NCBI RefSeq assembly: GCF_003334255.1
Contig: NZ_QOWU01000024.1
Length of the DNA: 64,000 nt
From: Escherichia coli
GTDB taxonomy: Bacteria > Pseudomonadota > Gammaproteobacteria > Enterobacterales > Enterobacteriaceae
Direction: 5' to 3' (one strand)
Within the stretch, counting starts at the first letter, position 1. Each line of letters begins with the position of its first letter. Both the position numbers and the translations under genes were made by a program. Shown in pieces: positions 20,622-30,480 of the stretch. The notes under the pieces were generated by a model that was given only the letters and a program-made list of their open reading frames with translations, did no database searches and had not been told where the DNA came from.

Positions 20622-22727
20622 ATGAACAAATCAGGGAAATACCTCGTCTGGACAGTGCTCTCTGTAATGGGAGCATTTGCTCTGGGATACATTGCTTTAA
20701 ATCGTGGGGAACAGATCAACGCGCTGTGGATTGTGGTGGCGTCGGTCTGTATCTATCTGATCGCTTACCGTTTTTATGGGCTGTATATCGCCAAAAATGT
20801 GCTGGCGGTTGACCCGACGCGTATGACGCCAGCGGTGCGCCATAACGACGGGCTGGACTATGTGCCGACGGACAAGAAAGTGCTGTTCGGTCACCATTTT
20901 GCGGCCATTGCCGGAGCAGGTCCGCTGGTGGGGCCGGTACTGGCGGCGCAAATGGGCTACCTGCCGGGGATGATCTGGCTGCTCGCTGGGGTGGTTCTCG
21001 CCGGTGCGGTGCAGGATTTCATGGTGCTGTTTGTTTCTACGCGCCGTGACGGTCGCTCGCTGGGTGAGCTGGTCAAAGAAGAGATGGGGCCAACCGCCGG
21101 GGTGATTGCGCTGGTGGCCTGCTTTATGATCATGGTCATTATCCTTGCAGTGCTGGCGATGATCGTGGTGAAAGCCCTGACTCATAGCCCGTGGGGAACA
21201 TATACCGTTGCGTTCACCATTCCGCTGGCGCTGTTTATGGGGATCTACCTGCGCTATCTGCGTCCGGGGCGTATTGGCGAAGTGTCGGTCATCGGTCTGG
21301 TATTCCTGATTTTCGCCATTATCTCTGGCGGCTGGGTGGCAGAAAGTCCGACCTGGGCACCGTACTTTGACTTTACCGGCGTGCAGTTGACCTGGATGCT
21401 GGTGGGTTACGGTTTTGTGGCGGCGGTGCTGCCGGTGTGGTTACTGCTGGCCCCGCGTGACTACCTCTCTACCTTCCTGAAAATCGGGACTATCGTCGGT
21501 CTGGCGGTAGGCATTTTGATTATGCGCCCGACGCTGACCATGCCTGCGCTGACCAAATTTGTCGATGGCACTGGCCCGGTATGGACCGGTAACCTGTTCC
21601 CGTTCCTGTTTATCACCATCGCCTGTGGCGCGGTGTCTGGCTTCCATGCGCTGATCTCTTCTGGGACCACGCCGAAGATGCTGGCGAACGAAGGGCAGGC
21701 GTGCTTTATCGGCTACGGTGGGATGTTAATGGAATCCTTCGTGGCGATTATGGCGCTGGTTTCCGCCTGTATCATCGATCCGGGCGTGTATTTTGCCATG
21801 AACAGCCCGATGGCGGTGCTGGCTCCGGCAGGGACGGCGGATGTGGTCGCTTCTGCCGCGCAGGTGGTGAGTAGCTGGGGCTTTAGCATTACACCAGATA
21901 CGCTAAACCAGATTGCCAGCGAAGTGGGTGAACAGTCGATCATTTCCCGTGCGGGCGGTGCGCCGACGCTGGCGGTGGGGATGGCCTACATTCTGCACGG
22001 CGCGCTGGGCGGCATGATGGATGTGGCGTTCTGGTATCACTTCGCCATTTTGTTTGAAGCACTGTTTATTCTGACGGCGGTGGATGCAGGTACGCGTGCT
22101 GCGCGCTTTATGTTGCAGGATCTGCTGGGCGTGGTGTCTCCTGGCCTGAAGCGGACCGATTCACTGCCTGCTAACCTGCTGGCAACAGCGCTGTGCGTAC
22201 TGGCGTGGGGCTACTTCCTCCATCAGGGCGTGGTCGATCCGCTGGGCGGCATTAACACTCTGTGGCCGCTGTTTGGTATTGCCAACCAGATGCTGGCAGG
22301 GATGGCGCTGATGCTCTGTGCCGTGGTGTTGTTCAAGATGAAACGTCAACGTTACGCCTGGGTGGCGCTGGTACCAACGGCCTGGCTGCTGATTTGTACC
22401 CTGACCGCAGGCTGGCAGAAAGCGTTTAGCCCGGATGCGAAAGTCGGCTTCCTGGCCATTGCTAATAAGTTCCAGGCAATGATCGACAGCGGCAATATTC
22501 CGTCGCAGTATACTGAGTCACAGCTGGCGCAACTGGTGTTCAACAACCGTCTGGATGCCGGGTTAACCATCTTCTTTATGGTGGTCGTGGTGGTTCTGGC
22601 ACTGTTCTCGATTAAGACGGCACTTGCGGCATTGAAAGATCCGAAGCCAACGGCGAAAGAAACGCCGTATGAACCAATGCCGGAAAATGTCGAGGAGATC
22701 GTGGCGCAGGCAAAAGGCGCACACTAA
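20622..22727 (+). CDS. cstA: Carbon starvation protein A (peptide/pyruvate transporter family)
   Basis: 701 aa polytopic membrane protein recognised as CstA. Confidence 0.95.
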   Translation: MNKSGKYLVWTVLSVMGAFALGYIALNRGEQINALWIVVASVCIYLIAYRFYGLYIAKNVLAVDPTRMTPAVRHNDGLDYVPTDKKVLFGHHFAAIAGAGPLVGPVLAAQMGYLPGMIWLLAGVVLAGAVQDFMVLFVSTRRDGRSLGELVKEEMGPTAGVIALVACFMIMVIILAVLAMIVVKALTHSPWGTYTVAFTIPLALFMGIYLRYLRPGRIGEVSVIGLVFLIFAIISGGWVAESPTWAPYFDFTGVQLTWMLVGYGFVAAVLPVWLLLAPRDYLSTFLKIGTIVGLAVGILIMRPTLTMPALTKFVDGTGPVWTGNLFPFLFITIACGAVSGFHALISSGTTPKMLANEGQACFIGYGGMLMESFVAIMALVSACIIDPGVYFAMNSPMAVLAPAGTADVVASAAQVVSSWGFSITPDTLNQIASEVGEQSIISRAGGAPTLAVGMAYILHGALGGMMDVAFWYHFAILFEALFILTAVDAGTRAARFMLQDLLGVVSPGLKRTDSLPANLLATALCVLAWGYFLHQGVVDPLGGINTLWPLFGIANQMLAGMALMLCAVVLFKMKRQRYAWVALVPTAWLLICTLTAGWQKAFSPDAKVGFLAIANKFQAMIDSGNIPSQYTESQLAQLVFNNRLDAGLTIFFMVVVVVLALFSIKTALAALKDPKPTAKETPYEPMPENVEEIVAQAKGAH

Positions 22728-22769
22728 AGTCAGAGTGAGGGGGGGATGTTGGCGAATGTTGGCTTAGTG

Positions 22770-22825
22770 CCCAGGGTTCCCTCTCACCCTAACCCTCTCC
22801 CCGGTGGGGCGAGGGGACTGACCGA
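22770..22825. repeat. GC-rich boxC/RIP-like palindromic unit
   Basis: cccagggttccctctcaccctaaccctctccccggtggggcgaggggactgacc; related to the 15305-15412 units. Confidence 0.5.
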
Positions 22826-22840
22826 GCGCGTTGATAGCAT

Positions 22841-22880
22841 TTGTAGGCCGGATAAGGCGTTCACGCCGCATCCGGCACTC
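22841..22880. repeat. REP unit
   Basis: tgtaggccggataaggcgttcacgccgcatccggcactc; same 36-mer core as the REP at 908-943. Confidence 0.7.
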
Positions 22881-22909
22881 TTTCAGCAACATGGTTAGCG
22901 GAGGCCAAG

Positions 22910-23107
22910 ATGTTTGATTCACTGGCAAAAGCCGGAAAATATTTAGGTCAGGCGGCGAAGCTGATGATTGGTATGCCTGATTACGACAACTATGTCGAAC
23001 ATATGCGGGTTAACCATCCCGATCAAACGCCGATGACCTACGAAGAGTTTTTCCGTGAGCGGCAGGACGCGCGCTACGGTGGAAAAGGCGGCGCGCGCTG
23101 CTGCTAA
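22910..23107 (+). CDS. ybdD: Small DUF466-family protein, CstA partner
   Basis: 65 aa [58 protein letters not shown]...; recognised as YbdD. Confidence 0.88.
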   Translation: MFDSLAKAGKYLGQAAKLMIGMPDYDNYVEHMRVNHPDQTPMTYEEFFRERQDARYGGKGGARCC

Positions 23108-23116
23108 ATTTGTACG

Positions 23117-24205
23117 TCAGGCTTTAAACGATTCCACTTTTTTGAACGCTGCACGCAACGTATCTGGTGTCAGCGTGACTGGCAGGTAATGAATGGACTC
23201 CACCGGACGCAGGGTGTGGGCAATCACTTTGTCGATCTCCGCCTGATTATTGATATCCACTTCCAGCTCCGCCAGTGTAGTCGGCAGATGAAAACGCTGA
23301 TACGCTCCAGTTAATTGCGCCAGCACATCATCCTGACCCAGCAAGGCGCTTTGCACCAGAATTCCGTAGGCGACTTTGGTGCCGTGGAGAAACTTCTCGG
23401 TTTGCGGCAGCACGGTCAGACCGTTATGCACGGCATGAGCTGCCGCCACACGCGTAAAACGATCGCCCAGACCACCAACCATCCCACCACCAGCAATAAT
23501 AGCATCCACCACATCGCAAAATGATTGCGTTAACTGTTGATTTTGCTGATCGCTCAGCGCCTGTTCGCTACTGTTTAACAAGACGTCGCGAATGGCTTGC
23601 GCATTATTGATCCCCAGTCGCACGGTTAGCGGCAACGTTTCTGGTTGCGGAGCCAGCACCACCGCTTCATACCATTTCGCCAGCGTGTCACCGATCCCCG
23701 CCAGCAGATATTGTTGCGGTGCATTGAGGATAATCTCCGGTTCCACCAGCACCATAAAATTGGCGTCGTCGAAAATCTCATAATGCAGCGCCTGTCCGGC
23801 ATCATTATACCAGACGGAGAGCGGTGTCCAGGCGGCGCAGGTGGCGGCGATCGTCGGAACGGCAACAAACGGCAGACCGAGACGGCGGGCGAGGGCTTTC
23901 GCGGTGTCGAGCAGTGCACCGCCACCGACGCCAATCACCACGCTGCGGTCGTCACCGGACTCAGCCGCCAGTTGTTGTACATCGCTTTCGCTGCAATGAC
24001 CGCGAAACAAAATATGCTTTGCCCCTGGCAGTCCAAACGCTGGCGGAAGTTTGGTTTGCGCCGCAGCAATGGCGCGTTTGCCGTAGATCCACACCGCGCG
24101 AGAAAGTTGTTCATCAGTGAAAAAATCGTGCAGGTGATTGAAACTTCCTGGATGTGAAAAGTAGTTAGCCGGGCCGACGACCACGCGGATAGGATTGTGA
24201 GGCAT
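23117..24205 (-). CDS. ybdH: Iron-containing (glycerol-dehydrogenase-like) alcohol dehydrogenase family protein
   Basis: 362 aa; GGGALLDTAK-type NAD-binding motif of the group III ADH family; recognised as YbdH. Confidence 0.88.
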   Translation of the reverse strand: MPHNPIRVVVGPANYFSHPGSFNHLHDFFTDEQLSRAVWIYGKRAIAAAQTKLPPAFGLPGAKHILFRGHCSESDVQQLAAESGDDRSVVIGVGGGALLDTAKALARRLGLPFVAVPTIAATCAAWTPLSVWYNDAGQALHYEIFDDANFMVLVEPEIILNAPQQYLLAGIGDTLAKWYEAVVLAPQPETLPLTVRLGINNAQAIRDVLLNSSEQALSDQQNQQLTQSFCDVVDAIIAGGGMVGGLGDRFTRVAAAHAVHNGLTVLPQTEKFLHGTKVAYGILVQSALLGQDDVLAQLTGAYQRFHLPTTLAELEVDINNQAEIDKVIAHTLRPVESIHYLPVTLTPDTLRAAFKKVESFKA

Positions 24206-24313
24206 GTTGTGTTGTCCTTATTGTTTTATTTAGACATCTAAACGTCTTGATTGCCAAATACTAGCATCGTGTTATAGTGCCTTCAACACGCAACTTCGTC
24301 AGGTACAATAAAA

Positions 24314-25474
24314 ATGACAAATAACCCTCTGATTCCACAAAGCAAACTTCCACAACTTGGCACCACTATTTTCACCCAGATGAGCGCGCTGGCGCAGCAA
24401 CACCAGGCGATTAACCTGTCGCAAGGCTTTCCTGATTTTGATGGTCCGCGCTATTTACAGGAGCGGCTGGCGCACCACGTTGCACAGGGGGCAAACCAAT
24501 ACGCGCCCATGACCGGCGTGCAGGCCTTGCGCGAGGCGATTGCTCAGAAAACGGAACGTTTGTATGGCTATCAACCAGATGCCGATAGCGATATCACCGT
24601 AACGGCAGGGGCGACGGAAGCGTTATACGCGGCGATTACCGCACTGGTGCGCAATGGCGATGAAGTGATTTGTTTTGATCCCAGCTATGACAGTTACGCC
24701 CCCGCCATCGCGCTTTCTGGGGGAATAGTGAAGCGTATGGCACTGCAACCACCGCATTTTCGCGTTGACTGGCAGGAATTTGCCGCATTATTAAGCGAGC
24801 GCACCAGACTGGTGATCCTCAACACTCCGCATAACCCCAGTGCAACTGTCTGGCAGCAGGCTGATTTCGCCGCTTTGTGGCAGGCGATCGCCGGGCACGA
24901 GATTTTTGTCATTAGCGATGAAGTCTACGAGCACATCAACTTTTCACAACAGGGCCATGCCAGTGTGCTGGCGCATCCGCAGCTGCGTGAGCGGGCAGTG
25001 GCGGTTTCTTCATTTGGCAAGACCTATCATATGACCGGCTGGAAAGTGGGTTATTGTGTTGCGCCAGCGCCCATCAGCGCCGAAATTCGCAAGGTACATC
25101 AGTATCTGACCTTTTCGGTGAATACCCCGGCACAGCTGGCGCTTGCTGATATGCTACGTGCAGAACCTGAGCATTATCTTGCGTTACCGGACTTTTATCG
25201 CCAGAAGCGCGATATTCTGGTGAATGCTTTAAATGAAAGCCGGCTGGAGATTTTACCGTGTGAAGGTACATACTTTTTGCTGGTGGATTACAGCGCGGTT
25301 TCTACCCTGGATGATGTTGAGTTTTGCCAGTGGCTGACGCAGGAGCACGGCGTAGCGGCGATTCCGCTGTCGGTGTTTTGCGCCGATCCCTTCCCACATA
25401 AACTGATTCGTCTCTGTTTTGCCAAGAAGGAATCGACGTTGCTGGCAGCAGCTGAACGCCTGCGCCAGCTTTAG
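24314..25474 (+). CDS. ybdL: PLP-dependent methionine aminotransferase
   Basis: 386 aa class I/II aminotransferase; SFGKTYHMTGWKVGY contains the PLP lysine context; recognised as YbdL. Confidence 0.9.
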   Translation: MTNNPLIPQSKLPQLGTTIFTQMSALAQQHQAINLSQGFPDFDGPRYLQERLAHHVAQGANQYAPMTGVQALREAIAQKTERLYGYQPDADSDITVTAGATEALYAAITALVRNGDEVICFDPSYDSYAPAIALSGGIVKRMALQPPHFRVDWQEFAALLSERTRLVILNTPHNPSATVWQQADFAALWQAIAGHEIFVISDEVYEHINFSQQGHASVLAHPQLRERAVAVSSFGKTYHMTGWKVGYCVAPAPISAEIRKVHQYLTFSVNTPAQLALADMLRAEPEHYLALPDFYRQKRDILVNALNESRLEILPCEGTYFLLVDYSAVSTLDDVEFCQWLTQEHGVAAIPLSVFCADPFPHKLIRLCFAKKESTLLAAAERLRQL

Positions 25475-26104
25475 CTATTTAACCGTCCAGGCGCGGGAAT
25501 ATTGACGGTCGGCAAACAACTCTTGCAGGCCGTTAATTTGCTTCAGGCGCAGCACTTCGTCGCTGTCCATTCCCAGCTCTTTGCCAATTTTATTATCGTC
25601 CCATCCCAACTGGCTAAGTTCACGGACGATTTCCGACATGGCGGTGATTTGATGGCGTCCACGAGCGCGATTATGACGAATAGTCGCGGCGATGCGTTGA
25701 TTACGCGTACCTTCCAGACAGGTCACCGGCAAATAACCTTTTAAGCGTAATTTTAATGATGATGAGCCTTTACCAATTTCATGGCGGTGAAAACCATCCA
25801 CGATTTCCATGGCATTTTTATCCGTATGTGTGACCACAATGGGTTGGGTAAAACCATCTATTTCAATGGATTTTTGCAGCAGTTTTTTTTCGGGTGGTGC
25901 CACGTTGTTTGGGTTGTAATCATTAGGCATAAGTTGGCTGTTTTTAACCCACAGAACGCAATCCACTGGCTCTTCACGAAAGGGGCTAACCTGATGGATC
26001 GCCATGCGGATTTCATTAATCGCTTTGATGCGATCATCTTCCGGCAAGCTGGCGAGAAATTGCGTTAAATCCTGCGTTAATCGTTGTTGCATAGTATCCC
26101 CCAT
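25475..26104 (-). CDS. ybdM: ParB/sulfiredoxin-like (DGxHR) domain protein, IbrB-like
   Basis: 209 aa; motif IVVTHTDKNAMEIVDGFHRHEIG (ParB N-terminal / Srx-like DGxHR) and a basic RHNRARGRH segment; recognised as YbdM. Confidence 0.85.
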   Translation of the reverse strand: MGDTMQQRLTQDLTQFLASLPEDDRIKAINEIRMAIHQVSPFREEPVDCVLWVKNSQLMPNDYNPNNVAPPEKKLLQKSIEIDGFTQPIVVTHTDKNAMEIVDGFHRHEIGKGSSSLKLRLKGYLPVTCLEGTRNQRIAATIRHNRARGRHQITAMSEIVRELSQLGWDDNKIGKELGMDSDEVLRLKQINGLQELFADRQYSRAWTVK

Positions 26105-27297
26105 TCCTGACGTTTTCCTTTTATCCGTTCGTTATAACGCTGATAGTTCTTCGATTTTGTGGGGCTAAATGATAATGCCCGACACCAGTAATCGTTATTG
26201 AGTAAAACTTTGCATATCCGCCGCCAGGAGGGGATATCTTTCGCGCCAATGTCCCCTTGCTGGGTTTGTGGAACCTCGATGCCTTTTTTCTGATACCAGT
26301 GCAAATAAATGGCGATTTTATTGCGGTAATGCTCAGCTGTTTTTTCCGGCATGCTATTGAGCAGCAATAATGCATATTCTTGCCAGTCTAAATGTTCTGG
26401 CTTGAGGATTTTCCGATGCCCATAGAAATGATTGTCATGTCCGGCGTAAATGCCGCCACTTTTTACCCCGCTGACTCGTGCGCACATAGCAGCCCAGCGA
26501 TCCGGTTCGATAACGTGATAGAGCCATAATCCTTGTCGTTGCTCCGGGCCAAAAGGTTCGCAAATTCGCATATGACGCAGAGGAACGCCTGCCTGATACA
26601 TTAGGTTATACAGAGGGTTGCAGAGACTTTGATGATTTGCATACCAGGTCCAGATATCAGCCACTTTCCAGTCGTAAATGGGGTAAATGTACCAGCTATG
26701 ACCGCCTGGTGCGGCCGTAGTCCAGGGTTTATCGTCGGCAAAACGTTGTTTATTTAAACTGGCGATGGCGACAAAACGGTTGTAGGACTCATCCGCACGG
26801 ATGCCGATCATCATCGCCGCCGGACGTTTTTGTGAAAACCATTCGGCAAACTCACGTACAAATTGTTCGAAGGTCATGCCTGGCTGGTAAAAGGAGAAAA
26901 AGTCAGGGTCGGTTATCGCATCTTGGGGAGGTTGACGTACCCATTCGACATCAGGTTCCCAGCACTGCCATTCGGGTTGGTATTGTGAAAGGGAATTTTG
27001 CGTCGTAAGCGGGAGCGCAACCCAGTAAAACTCTTCGATGACATCGGTGTACAACTCGCGCAGGGACTGAACATAGTTAATGGTGCAAGAGAATTGCGCC
27101 TCCCAGTCGATAAACAAAACGCAGATTTTTTTGCCCATTTGTCGGGCAAGTTCGGCTGTCAGATGCAGCATTAAACCAGAGTCTTTGCCGCCAGAAAATG
27201 AGACACAAACGCGGGGTAGGGTGTTGAGTGTCCAGGTAATACGCTCTCGTGCAGCTTCCAGAATATTGAGCGGAAGAGGAATTTTATAAATAGACAT
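26077..27297 (-). CDS. ybdN: PAPS-reductase-like PP-loop ATP pyrophosphatase family protein, IbrA-like
   Basis: 406 aa; PP-loop motif VCVSFSGGKDSGLMLHL near N-terminus; recognised as YbdN; 3' end overlaps ybdM start by 28 nt. Confidence 0.85.
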   Translation of the reverse strand: MSIYKIPLPLNILEAARERITWTLNTLPRVCVSFSGGKDSGLMLHLTAELARQMGKKICVLFIDWEAQFSCTINYVQSLRELYTDVIEEFYWVALPLTTQNSLSQYQPEWQCWEPDVEWVRQPPQDAITDPDFFSFYQPGMTFEQFVREFAEWFSQKRPAAMMIGIRADESYNRFVAIASLNKQRFADDKPWTTAAPGGHSWYIYPIYDWKVADIWTWYANHQSLCNPLYNLMYQAGVPLRHMRICEPFGPEQRQGLWLYHVIEPDRWAAMCARVSGVKSGGIYAGHDNHFYGHRKILKPEHLDWQEYALLLLNSMPEKTAEHYRNKIAIYLHWYQKKGIEVPQTQQGDIGAKDIPSWRRICKVLLNNDYWCRALSFSPTKSKNYQRYNERIKGKRQEWGILCNND

Positions 27298-27443
27298 CTG
27301 AAGACGCTCTCTGAACGTTACAGGGTGATCAGTGAGATAAGTCTGTTAATTATAAAGTAAACACTGTAAAGCAGAGTGTTTTATTTTTCATTCGCGCTGT
27401 GAATAAATAGATGAAAGTTATAGTAGCTGTCTGTAGTTATATA

Positions 27444-28346
27444 TCAAAAACTCTCATTTAGACGGTCAATAAATCGGGAGAACACCAAATTATTTAAAGA
27501 AGATTTATTATAGGAAATGTAAAGCTTTATTGAAGGTAACGGATGTTCTAGTTTTATCTCTTTTAAGTTAAGAAAGTCACGGTAGGAATTATAAAGTTCA
27601 TAGGGGACTATTCCCAGTAAATCTGTAACTGCAATGCTATTAATGATTGTCAGCAAAGAGGAACCACGAAATGAGATTTTGCGATTCATAAATCTCTCGT
27701 CTATTTCCATTTGAATATCATCAACCCCTGCTGATTTAGATATTAATTGGGTGAACTCTTCTGCCATAATTTGTTCATAAGTGCTATTGTCAGTAATTCG
27801 TGGATGCCTATTACTACAAATTAGAGTATTGCGAATCGTATGCAATGGCATGCAAATGACGGAACGGCTGATCACTGGCATTTGGGTGATCACCAGATCG
27901 GCTTTGCGGTGAACCAACAGTTCTTCAGCATTCTCTGCTGACATGAGGATATCATGGCACTCAATCTCGACAGAGGAATCTTGCCGTAGGCAGCGGATCA
28001 GCATACTATTATTAGAGCAAGAAATGAGCTGAGGGCCGTAGATAATAAAGTTTTTCTTTAGTTCGGACTTATTGACTATATTAATTGTTTGTTCAAGGCC
28101 TCTGAGATTTTTCTCAAGATGGTGATGCAGATTTAACCCTGTTGTCGTCGGCGCGATACCTTTTCCTGAGCGAATGAATAAAGGGTCATTAAATTGCGCA
28201 CGTAAGCGTTGTAACGACTGGCTCACGGCTGATGGGGTGATATATAGTGATTCAGCAGCTTTGCTAATGCTTAAATGCTGGTAAATACACTCAAATATGA
28301 CAAGAAGATTTAAGTCGAACTTTTTCAAGTCGTAGAGATTGGCCAT
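27444..28346 (-). CDS. ybdO: LysR-family transcriptional regulator
   Basis: 300 aa; N-terminal HTH (SISKAAESLYITPSAVSQSLQRLR); very AT-rich coding sequence. Confidence 0.88.
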   Translation of the reverse strand: MANLYDLKKFDLNLLVIFECIYQHLSISKAAESLYITPSAVSQSLQRLRAQFNDPLFIRSGKGIAPTTTGLNLHHHLEKNLRGLEQTINIVNKSELKKNFIIYGPQLISCSNNSMLIRCLRQDSSVEIECHDILMSAENAEELLVHRKADLVITQMPVISRSVICMPLHTIRNTLICSNRHPRITDNSTYEQIMAEEFTQLISKSAGVDDIQMEIDERFMNRKISFRGSSLLTIINSIAVTDLLGIVPYELYNSYRDFLNLKEIKLEHPLPSIKLYISYNKSSLNNLVFSRFIDRLNESF

Positions 28347-28554
28347 ACACTACTCCGGTTATATTTTTCTTCCATGATATATTCACTTAATCAATGTTTT
28401 TTGCGTATATATTTTTATTGATTATGTTTTTTTGCTTAACTCAGGATTAAGTTTTTCTAAAATAGCACAGCCACTTAGGGCAGAGCGAGCAATTCATGCT
28501 TTTTTAGGATGGTTGAAAAGCAGGGATATAGTTCAACCATCCATGAATTACCTT

Positions 28555-29301
28555 TTATTTATTCCCCATAATGATATTAAGCGTTTTCTGATCGGGCAAC
28601 CCCACGGCCTGTTGTAGCGTATTTTCCTTACTCATGTAATAGATAGCCGGCGTGACATTTGCCCCCAGATCGTCCATCAGTTTCTCATTGTCACTTAACA
28701 CTTTCATTTGCTCTGTACTTACGTTTGCAGGCACGTTTAGCTTAAGCTTGCCACCAGAGGCTTCATATTGTTGCCAGGTTTTTGCGGGATCTTTGGAGGC
28801 AAGAATTGCCGCTGCTGTCGCCGGGCTTTCTGGCTTGATAACCCCAACCAACAATGTTCTTAATTGCACTTTGCCAGAATCTACCCACGGGCGCGCCTGC
28901 TGCCAGAACTGTTTACAATATGGGCAGAACGGATCGGCGAAGACGTAGACAATGACCGGCGCATCTTTTTTACCGTCGAGGAGCCAGTGGGATTGTTCCA
29001 TCCGTTGCCACATTTCGCGTCCGGCTGGTGCGTAAATTTCTTTTTCGATAAGTGTGTTACTCAGGTTTTCACCTTTCTCGTTGTACATGTAACCAGAGAT
29101 AGCGTGCTTACCATCTGGAGTCAGGTAGATGGTGACGCCCATATCCTGATACTTTCCGAGATAACCTTTCATTCCTCCGGGGGCATCGAATGTTTTGATG
29201 ATTGTAATGCCCTGTTTTTCAATCGCTTTTACTGGAGCAGGAAGTTCCTCTGCGAAGACGATTGCAGGAAGCAGAGCCAGTAAAAGTATCTTTTTTAACA
29301 T
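28555..29301 (-). CDS. dsbG: Periplasmic thiol:disulfide interchange protein
   Basis: Translation from [17 protein letters not shown] (248 aa precursor); CPYC active site; track ORF extended 20 codons upstream. Confidence 0.93.
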   Translation of the reverse strand: MLKKILLLALLPAIVFAEELPAPVKAIEKQGITIIKTFDAPGGMKGYLGKYQDMGVTIYLTPDGKHAISGYMYNEKGENLSNTLIEKEIYAPAGREMWQRMEQSHWLLDGKKDAPVIVYVFADPFCPYCKQFWQQARPWVDSGKVQLRTLLVGVIKPESPATAAAILASKDPAKTWQQYEASGGKLKLNVPANVSTEQMKVLSDNEKLMDDLGANVTPAIYYMSKENTLQQAVGLPDQKTLNIIMGNK

Positions 29302-29672
29302 TAATTTGTCCTTTTCAGTCAGTGCAAAAGTCGAGTAAAAGGCATAACCTATCACTGTCATAGGTAAGAGCTTAGATCAGGTGATTGCCCTTTGTTTATG
29401 AGGGTGTTGTAATCCATGTCGTTGTTGCATTTGTAAGGGCAACACCTCAGCCTGCAGGCAGGCACTGAAGATACCAAAGGGTAGTTCAGATTACACGGTC
29501 ACCTGGAAAGGGGGCCATTTTACTTTTTATCGCCGCTGGCGGTGCAAAGTTCACAAAGTTGTCTTACGAAGGTTGTAAGGTAAAACTTATCGATTTGATA
29601 ATGGAAACGCATTAGCCGAATCGGCAAAAATTGGTTACCTTACATCTCATCGAAAACACGGAGGAAGTATAG

Positions 29673-30236
29673 ATGTCCTTGATTAACACCAAAATTAAAC
29701 CTTTTAAAAACCAGGCATTCAAAAACGGCGAATTCATCGAAATCACCGAAAAAGATACCGAAGGCCGCTGGAGCGTCTTCTTCTTCTACCCGGCTGACTT
29801 TACTTTCGTATGCCCGACCGAACTGGGTGACGTTGCTGACCACTACGAAGAACTGCAGAAACTGGGCGTAGACGTATACGCAGTATCTACCGATACTCAC
29901 TTCACCCACAAAGCATGGCACAGCAGCTCTGAAACCATCGCTAAAATCAAATATGCGATGATCGGCGACCCGACTGGCGCCCTGACCCGTAACTTCGACA
30001 ACATGCGTGAAGATGAAGGTCTGGCTGACCGTGCGACCTTCGTTGTTGACCCGCAGGGTATCATCCAGGCAATCGAAGTTACCGCTGAAGGCATTGGCCG
30101 TGACGCGTCTGACCTGCTGCGTAAAATCAAAGCAGCACAGTACGTAGCTTCTCACCCAGGTGAAGTTTGCCCGGCTAAATGGAAAGAAGGTGAAGCAACT
30201 CTGGCTCCGTCTCTGGACCTGGTTGGTAAAATCTAA
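29673..30236 (+). CDS. ahpC: Alkyl hydroperoxide reductase, peroxiredoxin subunit C
   Basis: 187 aa [23 protein letters not shown]...; peroxidatic Cys in FTFVCPTEL; highly biased codon usage. Confidence 0.97.
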   Translation: MSLINTKIKPFKNQAFKNGEFIEITEKDTEGRWSVFFFYPADFTFVCPTELGDVADHYEELQKLGVDVYAVSTDTHFTHKAWHSSSETIAKIKYAMIGDPTGALTRNFDNMREDEGLADRATFVVDPQGIIQAIEVTAEGIGRDASDLLRKIKAAQYVASHPGEVCPAKWKEGEATLAPSLDLVGKI

Positions 30237-30480
30237 ATTTCCTTCGTCTTTCACGCCATAGCGGCGTTGGCGTCGCCCGCTCACCCCGGTCACTTACTTG
30301 TGTAAGCTCCCGGGGATTCACAGGCTAGCCGCCTTGCTCTGACGCGAAATACTTCGGAAATTCACCTAATTCTTCGGGTGCTGCGGCACCCGATTTTCTT
30401 CCCCGCACCATGATGCAAGCTGCATCCAGGTAGCCGCAGAGGCCGCTTGCATGATGATGTTTAAAGCCCAGGAGATAAAC

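Noticed and set aside
29640-30293. 217-aa ORF on the minus strand
   Set aside because: Lies entirely antisense to ahpC, a highly expressed gene with strongly biased codon usage; this is a typical shadow ORF with no independent start or terminator context.
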